A DNA stretch of 64,000 nt from Tubulanus polymorphus (GCF_964204645.1 NC_134028.1:23184345-23248344), one strand, 5' to 3'; shown: positions 24,501 to 36,430, counted from the first letter of the stretch. Numbers and translations: made by a program. Notes: generated by a model from the sequence alone, not told the origin.

Positions 24501-27500
24501 CGAGTTTGACAGATAGTCGAGGAGGGGGGTAGACCACGTTTCCATCCATTTCTAAACTAAATAAATGATAATTATTTATGATTACAGTTATCAGTACCGT
24601 CCACGGTTTCCGACCGGAACACCGGGTCCCACTTATACGTGTCACAGATGTGGAAAAGCTGGTCATTTCATCACGAATTGTCCGAACAAACTGAAGGTAA
24701 CAAATCAAAAGCCTTTCAATGTCATTGAAATAGGAACCTGATAGTTCAACAAATGTCTCTGTCTAAAAACAGGCCCGACAACAACCGCTACTAATTGAGA
24801 GTAGTACCTTCTCTTAAAAGCACGATTACTCCTGATGATATCAAAATGTTTGCTCAAAACCAGAGAGGTTTCTAGTTCTAAACTATTTTTGATGTCAAAT
24901 TGTGGTGAAAACTGCAACGATGGTAGATAGAAACCGAGGTAGTTCGGTCTTTCGATACTTAGATGTTGCACGGTACTGTGGATCAATGTTTATAGATGTA
25001 ATAATTATATTAACGCAGGATGTTCCCGATACTCGAATACGACGAAGTACAGGAATACCGAATAGCTTCCTCACTCGCGTTGAAGACGTTAATGATCTCG
25101 CTTCCAGTAAAGGAGTCATGTTAACTGCCCACGGACATTTAGCCATCAGTTCATTTCAGCAGTAAGTTCGAGAACAAATTATCATCGTTTATCATCTGAA
25201 ATACCCTTCGTACCGGGGAAACTTTTCATAAACAAGTGACAAATATCTTGTTTTCTAAGCTTAGGGTTTTCATAACAATTGAGTTGAAACGATATCAAGA
25301 TAACGTTCATAGTTTTTCTTGCGATTGCAGGTTTTTCTCAATCGACCATTCCGTATTATTCGTAAAGTTTTCGCTGGTTTTCTTCGACTTATCTTTTTCT
25401 GAATGAAATTGTTTTATCTCGTAGAGAGGCGTACAAACAGGGCAAACAGGAGAAACGACCGTTCGTTCAACAGAACGTAGCCGTCGAAGTGATCGCGGAA
25501 AAACAGGACATTCCGTCGGAGTTGAAATGCTCGCTGTGTAACGATCTATTGAGAGATGCCGTTGTGATTCCGTGTTGTGGAAACAGTTATTGCGATGATT
25601 GTGAGTACAACAAAGAATGAGTCAATCATTACCGGGTCTATACGAATCCTTGATTACTTAAAAACTCCTTCTAAACGGGAAATGCTTTTAACAGTGTTTG
25701 AATCTCCTTTAAAACCCCCTTCAATTTTGAGAAGTAGGCAATTAGAAATTATTTGGGTAGTGTTTGCTTAAGCCCAACGCACACGGCACCGAAAAAACGT
25801 TTTTTACTCGTGAAAAAATGTTTTCGATGTTTTTTGTTATGGCATGTGCGGGGAGGCAAAACGAAAAGCACCCAACTTCTGAACATGTTTTCTGTTTCGG
25901 CGAAACAAATGTTTTGCCGTGTGCGTTAGGCTTTACAAAACTGCCAAAGTTAGGGTTTTCCAAGATAAGAAGTACTGATTTAAGAGGAGTCTACAGTAAT
26001 TGGGATACGAAAATGATGCAGATGCTTCCCTGAAATCTTCTCCTTTGAAAAAATCCTTGAAAACTGCTCATATCCAGGAACGACTGATCTGTAGGAACCC
26101 TGCAGGAGAAAACCTCAGAAATTCTAGAATGCTTTGCGATATGCGTTATGGAAAGCATCGTTCTGTTTCAACGAGCTATTTGTTTCATATTTTGATTTTA
26201 GGTATCCGTAATGCTTTATTGGAAACGGAGGAACACGTGTGCCCGTTCTGTAAGAGTAACGGCGTCTCTCCGGACAGTTTGATCGCCAATCAATATCTAC
26301 GTAAAGCCGTCATCAATTATCTAAATGAATCCGGCTACACGAAAGTACAGCCAACCCCTCTAGCACCTACCCAACCAGTGCAAATACAACAGGTTCGAAT
26401 AGTTATTCATTTTCGTCGTTAAATTCGATTACGGTAAGTCGCAGAAATGAATTACCGATGAAATTTTTCATTAAAGGCGCCGCCTGTTATGAATCATCCT
26501 CCGAACGCACCGGTGATCAACAATCACCCGGCGCTCGACGTAGCCGGACCGCCGTCGTCGTCGACGATGATTCCGGTGAAGACGGCGGCGCCGGTGACCA
26601 TCGCGGCGCCGTCGCAGATGCACACGACGCAATCGCTGCCGCCGAAACAAGGCGGCCATTCGTCGTACGAGCCGCCGGTGCCGGGATCGACTGGCGAGAC
26701 CCCGGACGACATATTCACAATCGGAACTATCGATAACAAAATAAGGTCAGAATCTCTGAATTTTATGTAGTGTTGAAGAATACGAAGTCCTGGTTGAGAT
26801 TTTCATGTGAAAAATTGGTAGTTGTGAAAAAAATGTGAAAATTCTCAAAAGTCCGTGAAATTTCGCTAAATTGTATTTGCAGTAAATTTTGATATGGTTT
26901 TTCTGCAGAATGCTCTTTCTCTCTATTCACCTATAGAAGCTTATTTGCGAGTTTGGGAACTTGAATTTTATCGATCTCATTACCTTCGCTTCTTGGCAAC
27001 TAGACGCACTGTTGTTACTTTACGAGCCAACTCTATAGTTTTCCACTGTTTTCGTAATACTCAATGCAGAAAATACTCACATTTTGAAAATTTTCCAACG
27101 CGAAAAATCCCGGTTTTAATCGTGTAAAATGTGGATAAAATGTAAAAACTGACTGAAAAAAATTCTGAGAACTCCACCGTACACGACTACGTATCTCACT
27201 CCTGTAAATGTAATTTTATTGATTTGTTTACAGACATCGGCACGGATATACACATGATACAGTACCACCGGGTAATCTACCTGCTAATGCTCATGTTACC
27301 AATTCATCAAATGGCGGGGTAATTAATCATAGTCAACGATTCATATCTCTTGTTGTCGTCTTTGAAATGCGAGTTGTTTCTATATATCATTTGGGTTTTT
27401 TTTTTTTAGCCTCAAAGCGTACCTTCTATCGTAAAGGGCAGCTACCACTACAGCGACCCTAATGCCCCTCCTGGTAAGCATATGAAAGCCTTGAAATCAG

Positions 27501-30500
27501 GGAAAAGTCTAGAACATTTTTTTTCTCAAAAAGAGTTTTTTAAAATAAAATCCTAAAAATCAGGGAAATTTGTTAAGATAGTTAGATCCAGCATATAATC
27601 ATACAGTTTCTGTCTGTTTCACGTATTTGACTGTGTTAATGAATTGAAGTCTTAGCAGATCAAGTCAGGGAAAACTATTTAGGCTAGGCCTATATGTCAG
27701 TGAAAAGTGAGGGATAAATGGCCGCCCTGTTATGGCTCGTCTTGTCTGGATGGTTACTGAACTGGTATTCATAAATTTGTTTTTCTATATATAGGTTTGC
27801 GACCGGGTTTACCCCCTGGAATAATACCCCCAGGAGCTCCTCTGTAAGTTCAAACATCAATATTAATTGATTTCCATAGACAAGTGGCTGTCCAATATCA
27901 ATAGTAGATAAAAACCCACAATAAAAAGAAAAACTATCTGGTAGCTTAACGTTTCAACTCAATTCTCTGAGCCATTTTCAAAAACAGTTTTTGAAAATGG
28001 CTATCGCGAGTTTTTCTTTTTATTGTGGGTTTTTATCTACTATCAATATTAATGGTTCACACGTTACGATAACAGATCCTGATTTCAGAAAACTGATTTC
28101 ATACATTGTAGAAGGCCGTTTATGCCTCTTAGACCTCCGATTAGACCGGGATTCATGCCACCGCCGGGAATTCCTCCGGCTACGTTTCCTCCGCGACCGC
28201 CGCTGCGTCCGGGTTTCATTCCGCCGCCGATGACGAAGGAAGAATTTTATCGCGAGCAGAAACGCATGCAAACCATGATGCGCCAGGACAAGTGAGTGAA
28301 ATAAACATTCACTAGACTTTCCATGAAATTGTGTAAAACCCTGGGCCTAGTTGCACAGTCGTGACTTAAGTGCAAAAGTGGTCTTAAATCTTAAGACTGG
28401 TTGAGTATAGAACTAAGTTGGTCTTAGACCAGTCTTAAATCTAAGCCATGACTATGCAACTGGCCCCTGGTCATATAGAGAAACCCACACTAACAGAGCT
28501 GCCAACTGTTCCTGATTTTCAGTATTTGTTACTATTCCATGACAAGAAATGCTGATTTGATTTGTTTGATGCATAAATATGAAAGATGTAAATGAGAGTC
28601 TAACTGTTGAATACGGCTGCTTTCATATTTCAATGAAATGTTACTGAAAAAACTCAGTACTGATAGCGCTTTGCAGAGGTTGGCAGCCCTGCGAGAAAGA
28701 TGAAATCCGTAAGTTTTCCTTAAAGCTAAAGTTTATTTTATTTTATAAATTATTAGCTTAAAGGAAACTTTTCTCACTTCATATTTCTCGTTTAATCAGT
28801 GTGCAATTCTGTACATATTCCGCACAACGCGTTGTTAGTCTTTCCCCGATTGAGGATATATGTGTTTTGAATATCTCTTGCAGGAAGCCGGTCGATCCTA
28901 TCGATTTATTCGCCAAAGAACTGCTGGAAAAACGAAGACGATCGAAGAGTCGAAGTCGAAGGTAAATTTTGTAAAATCTCGAGCTGTTTTTAATGAGTCA
29001 ACGGTTTATTAAACACATCAATGATAATAATAATAATGATAATAATAATAATAATAATAATAATAATAGTGATAATGATTTAATTTCTTACTTAGTGCAC
29101 TCCTACACATGTAATCAGTGCGCTTTATGTCAGTATTTAAACATGAGCCGATAGAATAATACAGTGGAACCTCCTTATAATGAACTTCACGGGACCAGAA
29201 AATCTGTTTGTTTAACCAATAGTTTGTTATATCCAGTGAAAAATTATTGAAATTTTTTCCTAGTTCGGATGAGATTTTAGTTTGTAAATAACCCATAGAT
29301 CGTTATGAGGTCTTTGTTAATGAGGTTCCATTGTAATTAAAAATGCTTGTAGGATAATTATTAGCGTTTGTTATTGACATCGTTACCGTTTATTAATTAC
29401 AGTCCGTATTACCAATCGTCTAAAACACGCGTCCACTCGCGCTCACCTCGTCGATCGTCGAGGTCGCGTACGCGGTCACCGGCGACGCGACCTCGACCGG
29501 CTCGTTCGTACAGTCGATCGAGAACTAGGTCGCCGCGACCTCGTTCTAGAACGCGCTCGCCGAGACCGCGCTCGAGAACGAGGTCTCGTACGCGTTCCAG
29601 GACCAGATCTCGGACGCCGGTCAAAAGAGTGAAAAGGTTTGTTATTTTAAATCTGTAAGATCAGTCATAAAATCCTACAATTGGGTACCAGCACCTACTG
29701 TGGCAATCGAGGATTCCACTTATGGCAGGCGAGGAACGACCAGGTTTGCTAGTGGTAACTCGGTTACCACACTCCAATTTCTTCTGCATTTCAACTTTTC
29801 TCATTGTGGAATCATTTTTAGTAAAACTTTACCATACACTCATTGGGGACGTCAATCCCATATCTATTTGATGATTTGTTTGGCTTAATTTCCATTTTGG
29901 AACCTAAAAATCACGTTCAAAGTTCATCGAAAATGAACTGATTTTCACTATCTATAACTGAGTGCATTGTTGCGCCATCTGGTGTGTGCCGGTATCCCAT
30001 TGTTGAAAGACTTAAAAAGTTTATTTAGAATAGTAGAAATATTGCATGGAAAACTGTGCTATACGAATGAATATTTATTAAAGAAGAATTAACATATATT
30101 GCAGGTCATACACGCCGAGATCAAGGTCGAGGAGTCCGAGAGCACGAAGTCCGAGGCCGCGTTCCCGAACGCGATCGCGCACGCCACCACCGCCGCTGAA
30201 AAAACGATTACGAAGCCGTAGTAAATCGCGATCGAGAGTTCGTTCGAGGTCGCCGATCCGACGACGTTCGATATCGCCGTACGCGTCGCGACGACATCCG
30301 TTACGCACGCCGGTACGTCGGCCTCCGATGCGGCGCCCTCGCTCGCGATCGCCCGGGTACATACACGACGGCTGGCCTCCGCCGCCGCCGCCGCCGCATC
30401 CGCAGGGTTATAGAGACAGAGACTGGCCGCCGCACGCTCGGTTCTCACGATCTCCGGAACGATATCCGTATTCTCCGTACGGCGCGCCTCCACCTCATCC

Positions 30501-33500
30501 ACATCCTCCGCCTTCGTTTTATCCATCTCCGTAAGTACGACCGAAAACTGTCAACTTCAGTCAAACCCGCTTAATTCGGAGCGGCTTAATCCGGGTTTCA
30601 ATCTAATCTGTATATTATTTACGGTCCATCTATACATGAATGTATGTAAATAAATGATGTTGAATCCAGATTTCTCATAAATCGGATGAATTTCATCGGT
30701 CAAAACTGATTCGAATTAAGCGGGTTAAACTGATTTGGCTATGACTACTATGTTGAGAGTAGTTCCTTCTCTAATTAAGAGCTCAACTACGCGATCAAAA
30801 CAATAACAAAACACTCTGAATAATTTCTACTTCATTATCAATTAGACTATTATTTCTGATGTCAAATTACTATCATTTTTGGTGAAAACTCTTGGTGAAA
30901 CAATTTGAATTAGAGTAATCAGGTCATCTGTTCTGGTTCGGTTGTATTTCAATTATTTGAAAATTCTCCTCAATCGTCTGATTTCAGGTACGGATACGAA
31001 GACTACTACAGAGATCATTACAGTCGTGAAAATTACCCCCCTCCCCCGATGTATCCGCCGCACGTATCACCTCAGCGTAAACCTCAACCGCAGCCGTTAC
31101 CGCCGGGAGCGAGTCCCGAGACGTACATCCTTCAACAACCGCCGCACGACGCGATGAGCGAGAAAAACGACGACAAAGAAGCGGCGCATAATCGTAGAGA
31201 CGGCAGACGTCGAAGGGACGAGAGGAAAGAGGCTACGAACAGCAGCACCGGCGGCAGTCGGGGTCGACACGGCGATAGTAAAACCGGCGATCGACACGAC
31301 AGTCATCATCGAGACTATCACGAGCGTAACCACGGCGATAAACACGACAACGACAACAAACGAAGCCACAATCGTAGTCGCCCGGACGGGGAACATCGCG
31401 GCGATCATAAAAAAGACGATCGTAAGAATTCCGACGCGAAAGACGCCGCTTCGAAGGATCCTCAGAACGCGGATAAAGAAAGTAACGCGTCGAACGGCGA
31501 CTCAGTTAAAAAGGAAAAGGCCATCGATGCGGCTGCGGGCGCGACTGCGAAAGAGGACACGGCGACTACGCCTTCGAAGAAGAAAATCAAGTTAACTCTG
31601 AATAAAAGAGCGTTCGATAAAACGCAACCTAAAGAAGAATCGAAATCCGAAGGTGCTAAGAATTCGGACTCCGAAAAAGCGCCCGTCGACGATCCTCCCG
31701 CGAGCGAAACCGTCGCGAAGAAATCTAGTAAGAAACACAAGAAGAAAGACAAAGTTAAGAAGTCGAAGAAAGATAAAAGCAAGTCGTCGTCGTCGTCGGC
31801 GACGGAGAAGAAACGCTCGTCGAAAAGCGATTCGGCGAAGAAGAGAGAAAAACGCAAAACGTCGCAGCAAAGCGACGTCGCGAAGACGGACGACGATCGC
31901 GGGAAAGAGAGCGACGTTAAAACGACGACAAGCGAGAAGGAAATGGACACCGAGGAAGACGACACGAACGCCGAGTTGAAAGACGTCAGCGTCGACATCG
32001 CGGCCGACGATATCGAACTCGCCGAGGCGACGCACTCGGAAACCGAGGAGATCGTCGAACGCAATAGTCAAAGCGCGGAAAAGGATCTGGAAGGATTACC
32101 GGAACTTTCCAAGTGGGAACGCGTCGGCGCGTCGGATTCGGCCAACGAGGACGACGGCCCGAAACATAAAACATCGCCTAAGAAACCTCTTCCGAGGTAA
32201 GTTCATAATTTTGTAGATTATCAGGGTGGCACCTCTGATCTGGAGAACCTGGAAAACTCAAGAGAATCAGAAAAATCTAGAAAAAAAATTAGTGGAAAAC
32301 TCGAAGAAAATGACAAATTTTACTGAAAACCTGGACAACTCATTCATTGAAAATAACACTATTGATCACGTGTTTCTTCATCAGTACGTGATTCAATGAA
32401 AAAAATGAATGAATTTTAACATTTTAAACCTAGAAATTTCTGACTCACTCAGGGAATTTTGTATAATCACAAGATTCATGGGATTTGTAAATGGCTGGAA
32501 AGTGGCCATTTCATTTTACCTGATAGTTCGTTTATATCCAGCATGTTAAAATTATCAAACTATTGTAATATTTGGCATGAAATTCTTTGTAATAACTGAT
32601 AATTTCTCATAGTACCTAAGGTCATTTTAACAAGGTTCCGCTGTACCAATCTTCATGTTTACTAATTTGACGCCACCTCAACAACTCTAAAGTGATAAAA
32701 TTTGTGAATTATTTTCCAGATCTGTGATAGACCGAGCTGAGAAAGCGATTACGAATAAACCATTCCGCGGATTACCGTCAGTCGTTCAGTCGTCGAGAGG
32801 ACCGAGTCCGCCGAAAACGAAACCAGTGCGTCGCGTGTTCTTGGATACTGGAGTTGAAGACGGCAAGGTTCTAATCAAATCCAACTCCGATTTGCGTCAT
32901 AAATTGGAGAGCGGTCGTAAAGATCGCGATCGCGGATGGAGCGGACGTAGTAGCGATAAATCGGATAGGGCCGATTCGGGACTCGTGGCGAAACCGTTGA
33001 AAATAAAACGCGACCATCTCAGTAGCAGTTCAAGCGGTAAAGAGAAGAGCGCCGATAAGAGAAAAGTTGAGAAGGCGAGTGATAAAGACTCGAAAGAAGC
33101 TCGGAAAGATTCTTCTTCTAAAAGTAAAAGTAGTAGTAGCCGCGATGGAGATAAAGATCAGAAATCTAGTTCTAAGGAGAAGAAAGAAGGCGACAGACGG
33201 AAGTCTTCATCGGTTGAAACGGAACGGAAATCGGCTTCATCCGTTTCGACGTCAAAAACTAAACGCGAATCGGATAAATCTGAGAAAAGGAAAGACAGAG
33301 AAGATGATAACGAAGATGAAGAGGGAGCGACGAAAAAGATGAAAACCGAGGAGTCTGCGGAGAAACCGCGTGAAAAGAGTAAGAGTAAAACTCCCGATTT
33401 GAAAGATAACGTCGAAAATGCGGAAACGTCGGCAACAGCGGCGGATGACGATGACGATGACGAGGAGATAAAACGATTGGAGGAGCAGAAAAAAGCGCTC

Positions 33501-33761
33501 GATCGTAAAATATCGGTAATCGACGAGGCGAACTTCGAGCCGGATTATAACGAAAACACCGACGAAAGCGACGACGACGACGACGAGGACGGGAAAAGCG
33601 ACGACAGCGATGACAGCTCGAACGACAGCGCGAAAGAAACGGCGGCGAAAAAGTCGGCGAAAAAAGTCAAACATAAAAAACACAAGAAACATAAGAAACA
33701 CAAGAAGCATAGCAGCAGTCATAAACACAAAAAACACAAGAAAACAACTAAAGAAGATTGA
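18550..33761 (+). CDS. RBBP6: E3 ubiquitin ligase / mRNA 3'-end processing factor RBBP6 (DWNN, CCHC zinc knuckle, RING, Pro-rich, RS and K/E/D-rich tail), about 1561 aa
   Basis: Phase-consistent exons 18550-18721, 19047-19122, 19628-19679, 23682-23723, 24093-24181, 24588-24696, 25019-25161, 25425-25600, 26202-26392, 26477-26745, 27234-27318, 27410-27473, 27795-27843, 28112-28291, 28884-28961, 29403-29636, 30105-30530, 30988-32196, 32720-33761 sum to 4686 nt. Motifs: MSYIYYKFKSSIDYDTITFDG (DWNN), ANASEDDKIRAMM, CHRCGKAGHFITNC, RRSTGIP, CSLC..PCCGNSYCDDC..CPFC (RING), EEFYREQ and RS repeats. Confidence 0.95.
19321..19375. repeat. 55-bp near-perfect palindrome
   Basis: 27-nt arms with one mismatch around a 1-nt centre. 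Confidence 0.85.
19919..19942. repeat. (AT)n microsatellite
   Basis: Twelve AT units. Confidence 0.9.
20670..20765. repeat. Short tandem repeat, about 40-bp unit, 2.5 copies
   Basis: GCTTACTTATG..AAAAATTT.ATAAGG repeated. Confidence 0.6.
23804..23994. mobile_element. MITE family A copy with perfect TIRs
   Basis: CAGGGTGGCCACTT ... AAGTGGCCACCCTG, a 14-bp perfect TIR; flanks ATTTG/ATCTG. Confidence 0.8.
25771..25932. mobile_element. PIF/Harbinger MITE with TTA TSD
   Basis: TTA|AGCCCAACGCACACGGCA ... TGCCGTGTGCGTTAGGCT|TTA. Confidence 0.8.
27490..27728. mobile_element. MITE family A copy (degenerate)
   Basis: CAGTTTCTGTCTG..ATTTGACTGTGTTAAT..CTTAGCAGATCAAGTCAGGGAAAA core shared with the 14478 and 15516 copies; ends TGGCCGCCCTG. 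Confidence 0.6.
27893..28050. mobile_element. Inverted-duplicated Penelope-like remnant
   Basis: Arms ATAGTAGATAAAAACCCACAATAAAAAGAAAAACT and its reverse complement, plus a central palindrome GCCATTTTCAAAAAC-a-GTTTTTGAAAATGGC. It shares AGATAAAAACCCAC with 3264-3277. Confidence 0.55.
27946..27985 (-). ncRNA. Minimal hammerhead ribozyme variant (U3-A8 core)
   Basis: Minus strand reads GUUU-UUGAAAA-U-GGCUCA-gagaau-UGAGUU-GAAA-CG-UU-AAGC. Confidence 0.5.
28343..28467. mobile_element. MITE family B copy (PIF/Harbinger-like)
   Basis: GGGCCTAGTTGCACAGTC ... GACTATGCAACTGGCCC with CTG on both flanks. Confidence 0.75.
28494..28691. mobile_element. hAT-like MITE nested in a fold-back MITE
   Basis: CAGAGCTGCCAAC ... 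GTTGGCAGCCCTG interrupts the left arm of the 28481-28812 element. Confidence 0.7.
29019..29079. repeat. (TAA)n microsatellite
   Basis: About 20 imperfect AAT/GAT triplets. Confidence 0.9.
29160..29335. mobile_element. pogo/Tigger-like MITE (family C)
   Basis: TACAGTGGAACCTC ... GAGGTTCCATTGTA; related copies at 33846-34005 and about 32527-32645. Confidence 0.7.
30558..30732. mobile_element. pogo/Tigger-like MITE
   Basis: CAGTCAAACCCGCTTAATTCG ... CGAATTAAGCGGGTTAAACTG. Confidence 0.7.
32222..32510. mobile_element. MITE family A-related copy
   Basis: CAGGGTGGCAC ... AAAGTGGCCA; TAACATTTTAAACCTAGAAATTTCT shared with the 10951 copy. Confidence 0.65.
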
Positions 33762-33845
33762 AATTGATAGTGATATATAACGGGGGCGTTTCACAACAGA
33801 ATTAGGAATATTCAACTTTTTTTTCGGTAAACCCTGTGAATAGTG

Positions 33846-34005
33846 TACGGTGGGACCTCGTTAAAAGCTTCCGAGGTCCAGAACATCTGCTGTTATAATC
33901 GAAAGTTTGTTCTATCCGGTATGATATGAAATGAGTTGTCTTACTGGGGATGAACTGGGATGTAAATCGTTATATAACAAGGTTGTTATTACATGGTACC
34001 ACTGT
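33846..34005. mobile_element. Family C MITE just downstream of the RBBP6 stop
   Basis: TACGGTGGGACCTCG ... GGTACCACTGT; internal similarity to 29160-29335. Confidence 0.55.
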
Positions 34006-34049
34006 GCGTAAGATTAGAAGATCAAATGAATCGGTATATTGAGATTCAA

Positions 34050-34182
34050 GGGCCAGTTCCATCGTCATGGCTTAGATATAAGACACATCTAAGACCATCT
34101 TAGTTCTAAAGCCAATCTAACCACAAGTCTTAAGATTTAAGATCACGTTTGCACATAAGTCTTGTCTGTGGAATCGGGGCCC
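34050..34182. mobile_element. MITE family B copy (reverse orientation)
   Basis: GGGCCAGTTCCA..CATGGCTTAGAT..TCTAAGACCATCTTAGTTCT..AGTCTTAAGATTTAAGA..GGGCCC. Confidence 0.7.
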
Positions 34183-34379
34183 CAGTGCTATAGAATCGAA
34201 AATCTTTATCGGAAGTTTGTACCTGGAATTATGTACCGTTTCTGAATATACACGTAGCTTCTATCAGAATTAAACTCGATACTGACTTCAGTTTTGAAGA
34301 ATGAAATGAGCAGCACGCATTGACGGTCCTGTTATATGTACTTAAAAAGAGTAAATGATTAATGATTAGTGAATACTTA

Positions 34380-34814
34380 GGGAGTGTTCAAATAGTACAT
34401 ACCGTTAATATTGCCATTTTAGACCCCTCCCCGTACGAATTCGGTATGTATTTTATTGAACCCGCCTCCCCTTACCCGTACGTACATTATATACAAATTG
34501 TTGGCCTACCTTTAATTGAAAAAGGCTAGCCGCTAGAATTTAATAGCGACTATGTACCTATCATATATAATCGCGTATATCTTAGAAGTGGGATGATATA
34601 AGGATACTGTCATTTGATACATGCATTATCTTCAAGATGTATATCTTATCTAATAGATATCTCTTGTCCAGTAAGTATGTACCGGTACATCTGCCTAATA
34701 AAAGACCCCATTCAGAAAAGTACGAACATTTTTCTTTAACCCTCCTCCCCTTGTACAAATTTAGTACATAATTTGTTTACCCCCAAACACTGTATGTACT
34801 ATTTGAACGCTCCC
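34380..34814. mobile_element. PIF/Harbinger MITE with TTA TSD
   Basis: TTA|GGGAGTGTTCAAATAGTACATAC ... GTATGTACTATTTGAACGCTCCC|TTA, a 23-bp TIR with 1 mismatch. Confidence 0.85.
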
Positions 34815-36023
34815 TTAACCATGTTTGTACGAAAGGCCGCATAAAGCGCAGTCGTACAGATATTTGGATACTGGTATTAACGTCATGCGCGCTGCTTCAT
34901 GTAAACCGCATTTACCATGATCTCGAAATTAATTTTTCGTAAAGGGAAAACTGTTTCATAGTGATATTTGAGAAGTGATGGAAATGTTAAACTGCGAATA
35001 CGCATGAACAGTTTGTTCATAATCGATTTAAACGTACGTTCCTTGCGAGAGCAGACTAACAAATGTCTTTCTGCCTTAAACGTGATTTGGTACGTATGCA
35101 TCGTAGGGTATTGTTGTTGAATAGTGAATATGGATTGAATTGTATGTAAAATAATAAATTAACTGTTTTGTAAATAGATATGTTCGTGTACACTATCAAC
35201 AATTGATATTGTGATAAAATCCTGGCAATTTGAATCCTGCGATTTGTTACCATAAAAGTGGGAGGAAAATTAGTCATGCGATGGCTAGATGTATAGATGT
35301 TTCATGAGAAATTATGTTTGAGAATACGATCGGTATAATGTAGATTCAATCATGATCAAATGTGATCGCTCTCTTTAAGTTGGAGGCTTTTTCAATGCAA
35401 AATGATTCGATTTGCTCACGATCTTGAGTGAAGAAATTGCGATTATTAATTTATTTTATCAAAATCAAACTGAAGGCAAGTTTGATTCCTGTTTGGTGGT
35501 ATGTTTCATCGTTCATTATTCCTGTAAATACATCGTGTATAATTTCAACTGTGTCTAGATGAAAATAAATTGGTAAATATTTTATAGATTGTGTTGAAGA
35601 TGATTTGATTGGGATACAAGATGTCGCATGGATGAGAGGACTGATAAGAAATGACTCGAATAAGGATAGAAATAGGGATATGATATGACATGAGGGCTGG
35701 TGAGGACTTGTTGCTCAGTGAATTGGATATTGATGAATAAAGGATAGAAATAGGAATGTCCCAGGTTTGAACCCAGTCTATTGGCAGTGGTTTTGAGTGA
35801 TTCTGATGCAGATACAGGTTGGCCAGGGATATTCCAGGTCCGAATCAATATTCCGAACTGATGCTGACAGACCACATGGATAATGAATTCAACAGCCGTG
35901 CCCTAATCTCGTTTACCACTGTCCTGAGGATAATTATTGATATCCTCAACCCAGGGAAAATGTATTTTTCAATAGTATCTAGTTTTATATGGAATTTGAT
36001 GTGTAATTGTGCAAAGTGGCTTA

Positions 36024-36430
36024 CACCATGAGGTGCTGCCACTATGCTCATTGTTAGCGGATTTTTCATACACTAACACTAAGCGACTCTGGCAATTGAG
36101 TACTACCGCTCTATACCGTAAGGTGCTGCCGCTATGTACATTGGTAGCGGATTTTTCATGAACTATAAACTATACACTCATACACTCTCTCACTTATTCA
36201 TTGCGATTATCAAGTAGCTGATAAGTTGCATTAGATAGTAAAGAAGGTGCTATCCCTTCATTGCCAGAGTTGACTCAATGTTAGTGTATGAAAAACCGCT
36301 AACGATGAGCATAGCGGCAGCACCTCACGGTGGAGTGGCCAGCGTCGTAGATTGCCAGAGTATGTTCATAATAGTAATCTATTAGTGTATGAAAAATCCG
36401 CTAACGACAAGCATAGCGGCAGCACCTAAT
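36024..36430. repeat. Fold-back element: two direct plus two inverted copies of a 45-70 bp unit
   Basis: AGGTGCTGCC(A/G)CTATG..TAGCGGATTTTTCAT at about 36031 and 36121; its reverse complement ends at about 36325 and 36427. Confidence 0.75.

Noticed and set aside
29018-29296. Poly-Tyr ORF
   Set aside because: It is the translation of a MITE plus the (TAA)n microsatellite
29409-33815. Several long antisense or alternative-frame ORFs
   Set aside because: They are shadows of low-complexity RS/K/E/D-rich RBBP6 exons and show no independent gene signals
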